This document shows positions 17,818 to 27,669 of a stretch of DNA of 64,000 nt, in pieces (the stretch's first letter is position 1; each line of letters opens with the position of its first letter). The notes under the pieces are model-generated. The model did not search any database. It was given only the letters and a program-made list of their open reading frames with translations, and was not told the origin of the DNA. Position numbers and translations under genes: made by a program. Source of the stretch: an uncultured Verrucomicrobiota bacterium (GTDB lineage: Bacteria; Verrucomicrobiota; Verrucomicrobiia; Limisphaerales; SXQI01); assembly GCA_964478815.1 (NCBI GenBank), contig CAYZKY010000009.1, positions 5,182-69,181 on the forward strand, read 5' to 3'.

Positions 17818-18789
17818 TTAGCGAACGCCGACCGCAGGAGCGCCGCGGCGGGATTCGGAGCGGCGAAGAAAAAGCAGGAAGAGAAAGAAGGGGATCAAGG
17901 AGAGCGCGAAGAAGATCGGCCCGCCGCGATGGTGGATGGGGCCATTGATGACTTCGGGATCCCAATTGATGGTCAGGACGGCGAGCACCCAGATGCGGAA
18001 GGCATTGCGAACCAAGCCCAACGGGATGACGAAGAGCGCGAACGCAGACCGTTTCCAAGAGGACCGAAGAAACATATAGCCGGCCAGCAGGCTGGTAATC
18101 AAGAGGACCAGGCTGGAACGAATGCCACTGCATTCCTGAGCGACTCGCAGCGAAAGGCCGGGAAGCGCGAAGGTCTGAGAATCGCGCAAATACGAGATCT
18201 GCGAGATGTCCAGCATCCAACTGAAGACCTCGGCCGAAGCGTACTGGGAGGCGGTTTCCAAGGCGTTGGCCACGGCTTCGGGAAACGGAATCATCCAGAG
18301 CAAAAACAGCCAGGGAAACAGCGTAGCCACAAAGAAGGTCTCGCCCAGGAAAAAAATGGCCCCGGCATACAGACAGCAAACGAAAGCGGGAACAAGAACG
18401 GCCAATTGATTATTCAGCGAGAGATTCCGACCGGAGAGCGCAAACAAGCCCCACAACCCGATGAAGAGGAGCCCAAGCGCGACACACAGCCCGGCCGGCC
18501 CAGGACTCCCCCGCCGAATGGCCGGCAAGGAGCCTTTCATCTGCCAGATAAGATACGCCGAGATCGCAGGGATAAGGACAATATGCGAATAAAGCTCCTG
18601 GCCGAGGCTAAACCGGGTCAACAGGTATAGGACAGGACTGAACAGCGCACAGAGGACTCCGACGAAAATCCAGAAGGGGGCGGCCGAGGCGCCTGGCCGG
18701 CGAACGGGAGCGCGCGCCGACGTTCGGTCGGTCATCGCGGCTGGATTGCCCGGGGGGTAAGTGCCCATGGATTTAGGGGAGTTTATCAT
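17818..18789 (-). CDS. exosortase family protein (subfamily not assignable by eye)
   Basis: Polytopic, with the conserved VAQECSGIRS (catalytic Cys), NAFRIWV (Arg) and a later HH. The start is uncertain (M1, M8 or M19). Confidence 0.85.
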   Translation of the reverse strand: MINSPKSMGTYPPGNPAAMTDRTSARAPVRRPGASAAPFWIFVGVLCALFSPVLYLLTRFSLGQELYSHIVLIPAISAYLIWQMKGSLPAIRRGSPGPAGLCVALGLLFIGLWGLFALSGRNLSLNNQLAVLVPAFVCCLYAGAIFFLGETFFVATLFPWLFLLWMIPFPEAVANALETASQYASAEVFSWMLDISQISYLRDSQTFALPGLSLRVAQECSGIRSSLVLLITSLLAGYMFLRSSWKRSAFALFVIPLGLVRNAFRIWVLAVLTINWDPEVINGPIHHRGGPIFFALSLIPFFLFLLFLRRSESRRGAPAVGVR

Positions 18790-18986
18790 AGGAACACGGG
18801 TTGTAAAGGAAGGGAGAGTTGCCGGATAGCGACACCGGACTCCGGGAACTATAGGGCCGGGCCTGCCGGGAGAGCCCGGTCAAGGCTCGGGGCGCAGACG
18901 CCTTTGGCTCGTCCAAGCCGCCGCAAAATCGACGGCGGGGCCGAAGACACTCATCACGCCGCCGAAACGAGGCACCCTGCAACGGA

Positions 18987-20279
18987 TCAGAATCGATATC
19001 CGATCTGCAACCCGTACTGGTCGGTGGTGAAGGAAAATCCGTTGGCTCCCGTTTCGTTGTTGCCGTGCTGATAAAACACGGAAACGGTTCCGCGCCGGAG
19101 CCAACTGGTCCCGAGGGAGGTGCGGATGAACGAGTAATCGTCCGAGCGATTCACCGCCAAGCCGGCCGCCGTCGACTGGTACTCCGTGCTGCGAATGCCT
19201 CCGGCGAGCCGGAAATTCAACCGGCCCAGCAACCGTTGCGAAACTCCGAGGGTTACCTCCGTCGCCTCGGTGATTTGATTGGCCAGCAGGGAGGATTCGA
19301 CCGATCGATCGATATCCGCGGTGAAGCGGGTATGCTGCCATGGGGCGTAACTGGCCGTCAGGCCGACCAGCGGATTCAAGCGGTCCTCCACGGGCGCATC
19401 GATGAACTGACGGATTTCAAGCCCGCCGTTCAGGAAGATCGAGAGCTTGGGGCCGGGTCTCCACCCGAGCCGGCCTTGGATCTGCTCGTAGGTCATGTCC
19501 GAGCCAAGATCGACATCGACATAGCCGAAGCCGGCGCCCAAACCGGCGAAGAGGGTGTCGGTGAAATGATAGTCCACCCAGTTCATGGTCGACCAGGAGC
19601 GGGAGCTGTTCAGGCCTTTGGAATCCTGAATTTGCTGGCTGGCCGTGAGGTCGAAACTGAGCTTTTCCGAGTAGCGATAGGTCGCCGAAAGACCGGTGGA
19701 ATGGATGGTTCGGTCCGTTTGAGTGGCGGTCTCGATAATCGGCGAGGAACTCGTCTGGAAGAGGTGGGACAGGCCGAAACGCCAATCGCCGTGCGTGATT
19801 CCGGCGGCGAGCGAAGCGCGGTGATCGGTCGTGTCCTTGAACTTCGAACTCGAATAGTAATTCAGGCTGGGGGTGTAATCGAGGCGGAGATGAGGAGCGA
19901 CGGCGGTCACTCCCGGAGAAATCAGGTGATGAAAGGTATTCTCGCGGACGCCGGGACGGGCGTTCAGACCATTGCCGTAGGTGAGCCGGTAGTCGGCATG
20001 GGGCAGAATGTCGAAGGGCCCCCATTGGAGCGCGGTCGGGGCGGTGCGGGGGCGGGTTCCAGAGGCGAGCGCCGTGGCCTGGGAGAGACTCGATCCAACC
20101 TGATCGGGAAGCCCAGGAGCGCCCAACGCCGGAGTGCCGCCGACCCGCGAGGTGCCGTAGAGGCTGGCGGGCGTGGAACTGAAGGGCTCCGCAAAATGGG
20201 GGGAACCTTCCGGCCGGGTTTGGGCCGACGCCGAAACGACTAACGAGATTCCTCCAAGAACGGATGCGGAGCGGAACAT
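18987..20279 (-). CDS. outer-membrane beta-barrel protein associated with the exosortase/EPS locus (EpsL-like?)
   Basis: Start at ATG 20279 gives MFRSASVLGGISLVVSASAQ (a signal peptide). The sequence alternates amphipathic strands rich in Y/G/S/T and ends ...GLQIGYRF (terminal Phe). Confidence 0.75.
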   Translation of the reverse strand: MFRSASVLGGISLVVSASAQTRPEGSPHFAEPFSSTPASLYGTSRVGGTPALGAPGLPDQVGSSLSQATALASGTRPRTAPTALQWGPFDILPHADYRLTYGNGLNARPGVRENTFHHLISPGVTAVAPHLRLDYTPSLNYYSSSKFKDTTDHRASLAAGITHGDWRFGLSHLFQTSSSPIIETATQTDRTIHSTGLSATYRYSEKLSFDLTASQQIQDSKGLNSSRSWSTMNWVDYHFTDTLFAGLGAGFGYVDVDLGSDMTYEQIQGRLGWRPGPKLSIFLNGGLEIRQFIDAPVEDRLNPLVGLTASYAPWQHTRFTADIDRSVESSLLANQITEATEVTLGVSQRLLGRLNFRLAGGIRSTEYQSTAAGLAVNRSDDYSFIRTSLGTSWLRRGTVSVFYQHGNNETGANGFSFTTDQYGLQIGYRF

Positions 20280-20339
20280 GGTGCGTCGGGGATTAATGGA
20301 AGGAGGGTGCGGCGTCAAGATCAGAACGGGCGCGTGCGG

Positions 20340-21113
20340 TCACACCATCCACTGCTTCCAGGCGAGCGAGCGATCGCCCACGGCGATAAATCCCTGGTTC
20401 CGGAAATCCGGTTTTTCGTAAACGAACGGATCGCCCTGGAGGGTCAGGACTGCGCCCCCCGCGGCCTCCACCACACATTGGGCGGCCGCGGTATCCCATT
20501 CCATGGTGGGGCCGAAGCGAGGATAGAGATCCGCGCGCCCCTCGGCCACGAGGCAAAACTTGAGAGAACTGCCCATGCTCAGAAGGTCTGCCTGAGGGAG
20601 CTGCTGGAGAAGCCGTTCCACCTCCGGGCCCGCGTGATCCTTGCTGGCGACGACGGCGAGATGGCCAGGGTTGGCGACGCGTGTTTTGAGGAGCAACGGT
20701 TTCGGATCGCCGTTCTGTTTCCAGGCGCCCCGGCCGATTTCCGCCGTGTACATCAAGTTTTTCGCCGGGGCGTAGACGACTCCGAGGATCGGCCGCCGGG
20801 CCTCGATGAGCGCGATGTTGACGGTGAAGTCCCCGGTGCGTTTGAGAAATTCCTTGGTTCCATCGACCGGATCGACCAGCCAAAATCGACCGCCGCTGGA
20901 GGGCAGCTTCGTCTCCGCCTCTCCCTCCTCGGAGACGATCGGGATGCCCGGAGTGAGTTCGCGCAGGCGCTGGCAGATGATTTGATGCGAGCGCCGGTCA
21001 GCTTCCGTCAACGGAGATTTATCGTCCTTGTATTCCACCGCGATCGGGCCGTGGTAGATGCCCAAGATTTCGGAACCGGCTTCGCGAGCGATGGAACAAA
21101 TCTGGTCGAGCAT
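20340..21113 (-). CDS. cysQ: 3'(2'),5'-bisphosphate nucleotidase
   Basis: Inositol-monophosphatase-fold motifs VSEEGE and WLVDPVDGTKEF. Adjacent to cysNC and cysD. Confidence 0.85.
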   Translation of the reverse strand: MLDQICSIAREAGSEILGIYHGPIAVEYKDDKSPLTEADRRSHQIICQRLRELTPGIPIVSEEGEAETKLPSSGGRFWLVDPVDGTKEFLKRTGDFTVNIALIEARRPILGVVYAPAKNLMYTAEIGRGAWKQNGDPKPLLLKTRVANPGHLAVVASKDHAGPEVERLLQQLPQADLLSMGSSLKFCLVAEGRADLYPRFGPTMEWDTAAAQCVVEAAGGAVLTLQGDPFVYEKPDFRNQGFIAVGDRSLAWKQWMV

Positions 21114-21116
21114 GGG

Positions 21117-22976
21117 TTAGCGGGTGCGGTTGAGGTGTTTGACAATGGCCGAGACGCAATCCGGCAGAGGCGTGGTATCGGTCTTTAGTTCCAAGTCCGG
21201 ATGAAGCGGTGGTTCGTACGGTGCGGAAACACCGGTAAAGTCGGCGATTTCGCCGGTGCGAGCCTTGGCGTAGAGGCCCTTGGGATCGCGCCGCTCGCAT
21301 ATTTCAAGGGGCGCATTGAGATATACCTCAACGAACCTTCCAGAGGCCACTAACGAGCGGGCGTGCTCGCGATCCGCACGGTAAGGAGAGATCGAAGCGA
21401 CGATGACGATGAGGCCGGCTTCGGCAAACAAGGACGCGACCTCGGCCAGCCGGCGGATGTTTTCCTTGCGTTCGAGCGGGGAGAACGCGAGGTCGGAGGA
21501 AAGGCCATGACGCACTTTATCACCATCGAGGGCGTAGACCTGGCGGCCCGCGCGAAAGAGGGCGCGCTCGAGTTCGGCGGCGATGGTGGATTTGCCGGAG
21601 GCGGTCAAGCCGGTCAGCCAGACGACCGCCCCGGGATGGCCGTTGCGGAGGGTGCGCTCTTGCGCGGTGATCTCCGCATCCGACCAGAAGATATTGGTGC
21701 TTTTGTGCAGGGAATCGGCGGTGCGATGCGGATACTTGTCGTCCACGACGATGCCCCCTCCGGCGACTTCGAAGCGATCGACGATCACAAAGCGGCCAGT
21801 CGGCGCGATGGCGTCATGGAGATCGAAGGCAATGGGGCTTTTGGTATGAAGGGTGAGTTCGGCCACTTCATGGCGAGCGACGTACTCGCCGTCCGAATGA
21901 TGGATGGGATCGAGAGTCGAGGCATCGATGATTTTATCGATGGATTCGATTTCGCAGAGGACCTCCTGAGTCGCGAGTTTGAGCTTGTAAGCCCGGCCTT
22001 TGCGGAAGGGCTCCCGGCCGAGCCAGAACAAGCGGACTTTTAGACGAGCCAGTTCGAAGGGAGGCGCCTGCTCGGTGGAACCGATGGTTCCGCGCTCGAT
22101 GAAAATCTGTTCGCTGAGCGTGAGGCCAACCGATTCGCCCGCCGCCGCCTGACTGGGCGGGGGGGAGTTCCACCGCTCGATGGCTTTGACGGTGCTCACC
22201 CTTCCTCCGGGGCTGAAGAGAAGCCTATCGCCAACCTTGACGGTGCCTGATTCGAGGCGGCCGGCCACGATGCGCCGCTCGTCAAAGCGGTAGACATCCT
22301 GGACCACGAAGCGGAGGGGTTTATCGAGGGCAGGAGGGACGATCTTAAAAGCATCCAGCGCCTCCATGAGAGTCGGACCGGAGAACCAAGGCATGGCTTC
22401 CGCACGCTGGACGATGTTGTGGCCGAGCTTCGCGGAAATGGGGATGAAGTAACGCGGCTTGATCCCCAGGCTCGAAAGGAATTTGCGGTACTCTTTTTCG
22501 AGAAGTTCGAAGCGTTCCTGCGCGTTATCCAGGAGGTCCATCTTGTTAATCAAGACGGCGACCTGCTGGATGCCGAGCAAGTGGAGGAGGTATCCGTGCC
22601 GGCGGGATTGTTCCTGGACACCCTCTTTGGCGTCGACGAGCAGCAGCGCGGCCTCCGCGCTCGCGGCGCCGGTGACCATGTTCTTCAGGAACTCCTTGTG
22701 CCCGGGCGCGTCGATGAGCACATATTCGCGCTTCTGGCTGCGAAACCAGATTTGCGTCGTATCGATGGTGATATTCTGATCGCGCTCCGCCTGGAGGGCG
22801 TCCATCAGATTCGCCCACTCGAAGGGGACACCGCGCCGTTCGGCCACTCGTTGCAAATGCTCGAGTTTACCCTCCGGGAGGGAGCCGCTATCGTGAATCA
22901 GGCGTCCCACGAGAGTGGATTTGCCGTGGTCGACATGGCCGACCACGACAATCTTCAACTGTTCCGACGGAGTCAT
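21117..22976 (-). CDS. cysNC: bifunctional sulfate adenylyltransferase subunit 1 / adenylyl-sulfate kinase
   Basis: Start at ATG 22976 ([22 protein letters not shown]). GTPase G1/G3/G4 motifs (DAPGH, NKMD). C-terminal APS kinase P-loop GLTASGKST. Confidence 0.9.
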   Translation of the reverse strand: MTPSEQLKIVVVGHVDHGKSTLVGRLIHDSGSLPEGKLEHLQRVAERRGVPFEWANLMDALQAERDQNITIDTTQIWFRSQKREYVLIDAPGHKEFLKNMVTGAASAEAALLLVDAKEGVQEQSRRHGYLLHLLGIQQVAVLINKMDLLDNAQERFELLEKEYRKFLSSLGIKPRYFIPISAKLGHNIVQRAEAMPWFSGPTLMEALDAFKIVPPALDKPLRFVVQDVYRFDERRIVAGRLESGTVKVGDRLLFSPGGRVSTVKAIERWNSPPPSQAAAGESVGLTLSEQIFIERGTIGSTEQAPPFELARLKVRLFWLGREPFRKGRAYKLKLATQEVLCEIESIDKIIDASTLDPIHHSDGEYVARHEVAELTLHTKSPIAFDLHDAIAPTGRFVIVDRFEVAGGGIVVDDKYPHRTADSLHKSTNIFWSDAEITAQERTLRNGHPGAVVWLTGLTASGKSTIAAELERALFRAGRQVYALDGDKVRHGLSSDLAFSPLERKENIRRLAEVASLFAEAGLIVIVASISPYRADREHARSLVASGRFVEVYLNAPLEICERRDPKGLYAKARTGEIADFTGVSAPYEPPLHPDLELKTDTTPLPDCVSAIVKHLNRTR

Positions 22977-23001
22977 GCGATAGGGAAAGCCTGGAAACGA
23001 T

Positions 23002-23814
23002 TTACATGTAGCCGTCGCGGCGCAATTTTTCGAACGCGTCTTCGCTTTCCTTGTCCTGGGCGCGTCCGGAACGTTCGGGAGACTTGGTGAGCCGGAGTTC
23101 CTCAATGATCTCGCGCACGGTGCTGGCGCGCGATTTGATGGCGCCAGTGCAGGGCGCACAACCCAGGCTGCGGTAACGTTCGCCCTTTTCGTTGGCGAAG
23201 TACAGCGGAATAATGGGCATGTTCTCGCGCTCGATATATTCCCAAATATTCAGCTCGGTCCAGTGGAGCAGCGGATGGATGCGGATGTGCGTGCCCTTGT
23301 CGAAATCCGTCTTGAACTGATCCCAGAGTTCCGGGGGCTGATCCTCGACGTTCCACTCCATGTTCTTGTCGCGGGGGCTGAAATAGCGTTCTTTCGCCCG
23401 AGTGGGCTCCTCGTCGCGCCGGACGCCGACGATCACACCGGTGTAGTGATGCTTCTCGAGAACGGCCTTGAGTCCGTCCTTCTTCAAGGTTCCGCAGCAT
23501 TCGACGCGCGTGGCTTTCCCGTTCGGGAAGGTCATTCCGCTCTTGAGAACTTCCTCGTTCTTGCCCACGACGAGGTCGAGCTTCCATTCGCGGGCGATGC
23601 GATCCCGGTACTCGATCATGCTGGCGATCTTGTAGGTCGTATCGACATGCACGAGGGGGAACGGGACATGCCCGAAAAAAGCCTTGCGAGCCAGCCAGAG
23701 GAGCACGGTGGAATCTTTGCCGATGCTCCACAACATGGCGAGGTTGTCAAACTTGTTGAACGCCTCGCGCATGATGTAGATGCTCTGATTTTCCAGTTTC
23801 GATAGGTAGTCCAT
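23002..23814 (-). CDS. cysD: sulfate adenylyltransferase subunit 2
   Basis: Start at ATG 23814 ([18 protein letters not shown]...). PAPS-reductase-like fold with [12 protein letters not shown] and a typical CysD C-terminus. Confidence 0.9.
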   Translation of the reverse strand: MDYLSKLENQSIYIMREAFNKFDNLAMLWSIGKDSTVLLWLARKAFFGHVPFPLVHVDTTYKIASMIEYRDRIAREWKLDLVVGKNEEVLKSGMTFPNGKATRVECCGTLKKDGLKAVLEKHHYTGVIVGVRRDEEPTRAKERYFSPRDKNMEWNVEDQPPELWDQFKTDFDKGTHIRIHPLLHWTELNIWEYIERENMPIIPLYFANEKGERYRSLGCAPCTGAIKSRASTVREIIEELRLTKSPERSGRAQDKESEDAFEKLRRDGYM

Positions 23815-23849
23815 AGCAAAATTTAACGTGGCATGAATGGGGGCGCGGA

Positions 23850-24476
23850 TCAAGCGACAGCGAAACCGGGTGCGGCGGCCGAGGCCGCCGCTTTCGCAAA
23901 CATCTCCTGCTCCATGAGTTCGCAAAGTATATGCCCGATGGTGATATGACACTCCTGCACGCGGGCAGTGGTGCGACAGGGCACGAGCAGCGAAAAATCC
24001 ACGATGCGAGCGAGTTCGCCTCCATCCTTGCCGGAGAGACCGATGGTTTTCAGGTTGCGCCGCCGGGCCTCATGGATGGCCGCGAGGACGTTTGGGGAGC
24101 CGCCGCTGGTGCTGATGCCGATGGCGACATCGCCCGGCTGGCCGAACGCTTCAACCTGCCGCGAAAAGACTTTGTCAAAGCCGTAATCGTTGCCGATGGC
24201 CGTGAGGATCGAGGAATCCGTGGTGAGCGCGATGGCGGGCAAGCCGGGCCGCTCAAGCACGAAGCGTCCGACGAATTCAGCCGCCAAATGTTGGGCATCC
24301 GCCGCGCTGCCGCCATTGCCGAAGAACAGCAACTTTCCGCCTTCTCGCAAGCAATGGACAACGGCCGCAGCCGCTTGCACGATGACCGGCCCAAGGTCGG
24401 CGGCCAACTGGAGCCGGAGACGCGCACCCTCTTCGAAGGACTTTTGAATGTGCTGTAGCGCGGATGGAGATGTCAT
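23850..24476 (-). CDS. gmhA: D-sedoheptulose-7-phosphate isomerase (SIS domain)
   Basis: Start at ATG 24476. [22 protein letters not shown] and [10 protein letters not shown] motifs. Confidence 0.85.
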   Translation of the reverse strand: MTSPSALQHIQKSFEEGARLRLQLAADLGPVIVQAAAAVVHCLREGGKLLFFGNGGSAADAQHLAAEFVGRFVLERPGLPAIALTTDSSILTAIGNDYGFDKVFSRQVEAFGQPGDVAIGISTSGGSPNVLAAIHEARRRNLKTIGLSGKDGGELARIVDFSLLVPCRTTARVQECHITIGHILCELMEQEMFAKAAASAAAPGFAVA

Positions 24477-24481
24477 AACAT

Positions 24482-25747
24482 TTATTGCACTCCCAAACGG
24501 GCGTAGATGGACGCCGTGGTTTCGGCCACGGTTTTCCACGAGTAACGTTCGCGCGCGTATTCACGAATCCTCTGCCGTCGAGTGCTCAGATCACGAAAGA
24601 GCTGGCTTTCGAAGTATTGAGCCAGCTTGGCGGCGAGATCGCTTGAATCTTCGGCACGACAGACGAAACCGGTTTCGCCCTCCACGATTTCTTCCCGCAG
24701 GCTGCCGACATCGGCCGCGATGACGGGCAGGCCGAAATTATACCCGAGCGACAAGACACCGCTTTGGAAGATGTAGGTGTACGGGAGAACCAGGGCATCG
24801 GCGGCTTTGAAGTACCGCTCCACTTCCTCATCGGCGATGAACTCGGTCTTCAACGTGATCCGATCCATGTTGGGGGATTGCGCGATGGCCGTTTGCAGGT
24901 TCTGTGCGTAAACCGGCGAGCATTTGAGACGGCCCGCCACCAGCAGGCGAAGACGCGGCGCGCGTGGAGCGAGTTGCGAGAACGCTTCCACCAGCAGGTG
25001 CAGTCCTTTGTATTCCGCGATGTTCCCAAAGAAGAGAACGACCTGATCCTCCGCGCCAAAGCCAAAGCTCTTCCGAGCCTCCGCGTGGGTCAGCGAGGTC
25101 TGCGGGTTCGTTTCATTGATGCCGAAAGGGATGACGCTGACTTTGCGGTCAGAAATTCCGAACTGGGCCAACACCTCTTCCTTCATTTTTTGCGTATGAA
25201 CGAAGACGTGATCGACCAGACGGTATTGCAGCCTCAACGTGAACCGATTAAACGCGGTGTCGCGAGCATCACGCGCCTCCGTATTCACGTTGTGCGCGGT
25301 GAAGACGAGGCGCTTGCCGAAAAGGCGATAGTAAAGAAGGAGGATCGTTCGGTCGAAGTGCAGGAAGTAGTTGTGCCAGAGGATATGGAACACCTTGGCT
25401 TTGCTGCGCGGAGCGTAGGCCAGGAGCCGCAGGTAGTAGCGCACAATCCGCTGGACTTTGCGCAAAAGACCGGCCTTGTTGCTTTGGTTCCCGCGGAGAT
25501 TCAGAAAGACGGTGTGCGGGAGCTCGCGAATCTCCGGAACGTCGAGTTCGTCGCTGCCGATCAAGTCGTGGGGCAAACCGGCCGCAGAAAGCGCCGTGGC
25601 GATGCCAATGGCATACGGCTTGTCTCCTCCGCCGGTCAAGACCGCAACCGCGGATGCGCGGCGCGCGGCCTCATGCCCCGGACTTCTTTCCGCAGCGCAA
25701 GCACCCTCGGCGCGCGAGGGCAGGATGGCAGGCTGGCTGTCGGTCAC
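24482..25747 (-). CDS. glycosyltransferase, GT4-like (GT-B fold)
   Basis: C-terminal GLPVIAADVGSLREEIVEGETGF (E-x7-E region). GTG start overlaps the upstream stop (GTGA). Confidence 0.75.
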   Translation of the reverse strand: MTDSQPAILPSRAEGACAAERSPGHEAARRASAVAVLTGGGDKPYAIGIATALSAAGLPHDLIGSDELDVPEIRELPHTVFLNLRGNQSNKAGLLRKVQRIVRYYLRLLAYAPRSKAKVFHILWHNYFLHFDRTILLLYYRLFGKRLVFTAHNVNTEARDARDTAFNRFTLRLQYRLVDHVFVHTQKMKEEVLAQFGISDRKVSVIPFGINETNPQTSLTHAEARKSFGFGAEDQVVLFFGNIAEYKGLHLLVEAFSQLAPRAPRLRLLVAGRLKCSPVYAQNLQTAIAQSPNMDRITLKTEFIADEEVERYFKAADALVLPYTYIFQSGVLSLGYNFGLPVIAADVGSLREEIVEGETGFVCRAEDSSDLAAKLAQYFESQLFRDLSTRRQRIREYARERYSWKTVAETTASIYARLGVQ

Positions 25748-26652
25748 ACTCGGGCCGCGGCTGGTTCGGCGGTTTTGCGCAGATGAAATTGGACGGCCGC
25801 GTAGACTTCCTCGAGTCCGATCGCGCGCGTCGCCCGTTCATCGAACGTCCTTTTGTAGAAGAATTCGCCGATGAGCGGAGAGACCAGTTTAGTCTGGATT
25901 CCATATCCCCAGATTTCCCATGGGCTGGTGCAGTTGAAGATGGCGACGTTGTGGACGCCCATTCCCAAGGCAAAATGCATCGGCAAACTATCCCCTCCGA
26001 CGAGGCAGCGATGCCCCCGGACATCGCCGAGATGCTCGAGCATGGTGTCGCGCTTCGGCAGCAGGTTGACCGTGAGCCCCTCGGCGCGGAGCTTCCCGGC
26101 CAGCTCGGAATAATACGCCCACTTCTTCATGGGCCAGACCGGGCCGGCCTCCGCCGCGATCGCGACATCGCCCACGAGATCGGTCGCCGGCGGATTTGGA
26201 AGCACGTAGCTCTCGCCTTTGAACTGGAACCCCAAACCGTCGAACAGGAGCTCTTGATACGTATGACGATTGCGATACTTCAGCTCGTCGGCCTTTTCGC
26301 GGCCATGAACGCTGATCAGGCTCAGATCGAACCAACGCTTGGCGGTATCGGTGTAACGAAGCGAATTATCCGGCGCGAGGTAAGCCCCGAAAGTGGAACG
26401 CGCCCGGACGGTGGCAAGGAACCCAGCCACATCGGGAGTATCCTCGAGATTGATAATCAGGTCGTATTCGGAATCCCGTGCTTCTTCGCGCTCCTCCCAG
26501 GACAGACAGCGCAAGTCGAACGGAATATCCTGGAGCAAAACGGCGTTCTTGGCCGCGGTAATCCAAGTAATCTCGCCCTCCAGCCGGCGAAGCAGCGTGG
26601 TGGTCCGAACCACGTCACCCGTGGCTCCCAGTTTGGCAATCAATATTTTCAT
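25744..26652 (-). CDS. glycosyltransferase family 9 (heptosyltransferase-like)
   Basis: N-terminal MKILIAKLGATGDVVRTT, typical of GT9. C-terminal GGDSLPMHFA. Confidence 0.75.
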   Translation of the reverse strand: MKILIAKLGATGDVVRTTTLLRRLEGEITWITAAKNAVLLQDIPFDLRCLSWEEREEARDSEYDLIINLEDTPDVAGFLATVRARSTFGAYLAPDNSLRYTDTAKRWFDLSLISVHGREKADELKYRNRHTYQELLFDGLGFQFKGESYVLPNPPATDLVGDVAIAAEAGPVWPMKKWAYYSELAGKLRAEGLTVNLLPKRDTMLEHLGDVRGHRCLVGGDSLPMHFALGMGVHNVAIFNCTSPWEIWGYGIQTKLVSPLIGEFFYKRTFDERATRAIGLEEVYAAVQFHLRKTAEPAAARV

Positions 26653-26691
26653 GCGGCTCCAGTTACGATTCGGCGAAGAGAGTGGCCCACT

Positions 26692-27663
26692 TTAGCAAGC
26701 GGGAGCGGAGGATTTAAGCCGTGACACATAATCTGCCACGGCATCCTCGAGCGAAATGTCGCGCAAACGCAAGCCAGCTCGCGCAGCCTTGGCCATCGTT
26801 GCTTCCGTAAAGTATTGATATTTTCCGCGCAGATCCTCGGGCATCGGAATGTACTCGATAGTCGGCACGAGGCCCAGAGCCCGGAAGGTCGCCTCGATCA
26901 AGTCCTTGAAGCTGCGGGCGCGCCCGGTGCCGAGGTTGAAGAGGCCGTTGATCTCGGGATGATCGATGCACTGAAGGATCATATCCACGACTTGCTCGAT
27001 GTAGACAAAATCGCGCAACTGGCCTCCGTCCCCATAGCCTTCCTTGTGGGACTGGAACAAACGCACGCGGCCTGTCGCCAGAATCTGGTTGTAGCCATGA
27101 AAGACCATCGAAGCCATGCGGCCTTTATGGGCCTCGCCAAACCCGAACACGTTGAAAAACTTGAAACCGACGCATTGAGCGGGGCGCTTTTCTTTCGAAG
27201 CTTCCCGGTCTCGCACCCAAAGATCGAAATCGTGCTTGGAACGGCCGTATAAGTTGAGCGGCTGCAACCGAGCCAAGTCTTGCTCGTCATCGAAACCCTC
27301 GGCCCCGTCGCCATACGTCGCGGCACTGGATGCGTAGATCAAGCGGCGGTTGTGCTCGGCGCACCAACGCCACAAGGTCTTGGAATACTCAAGGTTATTA
27401 TCACGCAAGTAGTCCCAGTTCGTTTCCGTGGTACTGCTGCATGCTCCCATATGCACAATTATTTCAGGCGCGATCAGCCCCTCGTGCAGTTCCTGCAAAA
27501 ATGCAAGATGGTCGACAAACCGGATGCCAGGAAAAGCATTGGCACTTTTGGAGGCAACGAGAGGATGATCCACTGCCAATAAAGTGGAATGCCTGCCCCG
27601 GCGCGGCAGCGCTTCCATAATCCGGCTGCCGATAAATCCGACTGCTCCTGTAACGACAATCAT
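26692..27663 (-). CDS. hldD: ADP-L-glycero-D-manno-heptose 6-epimerase
   Basis: VTGAVGFIGS Rossmann motif, YASSAATYG and YGRSK catalytic region, about 320 aa. Confidence 0.8.
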   Translation of the reverse strand: MIVVTGAVGFIGSRIMEALPRRGRHSTLLAVDHPLVASKSANAFPGIRFVDHLAFLQELHEGLIAPEIIVHMGACSSTTETNWDYLRDNNLEYSKTLWRWCAEHNRRLIYASSAATYGDGAEGFDDEQDLARLQPLNLYGRSKHDFDLWVRDREASKEKRPAQCVGFKFFNVFGFGEAHKGRMASMVFHGYNQILATGRVRLFQSHKEGYGDGGQLRDFVYIEQVVDMILQCIDHPEINGLFNLGTGRARSFKDLIEATFRALGLVPTIEYIPMPEDLRGKYQYFTEATMAKAARAGLRLRDISLEDAVADYVSRLKSSAPAC

Positions 27664-27669
27664 GCGAAA

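Noticed and set aside
21117-23952. N-terminal extensions of cysNC (to 23159) and cysD (to 23952), and similar extensions of gmhA, asnB, wzx and others
   Set aside because: The extensions are Arg/Pro-rich, overlap upstream genes, and precede internal ATGs that give canonical family N-termini (e.g. [17 protein letters not shown]). The shorter models were adopted.
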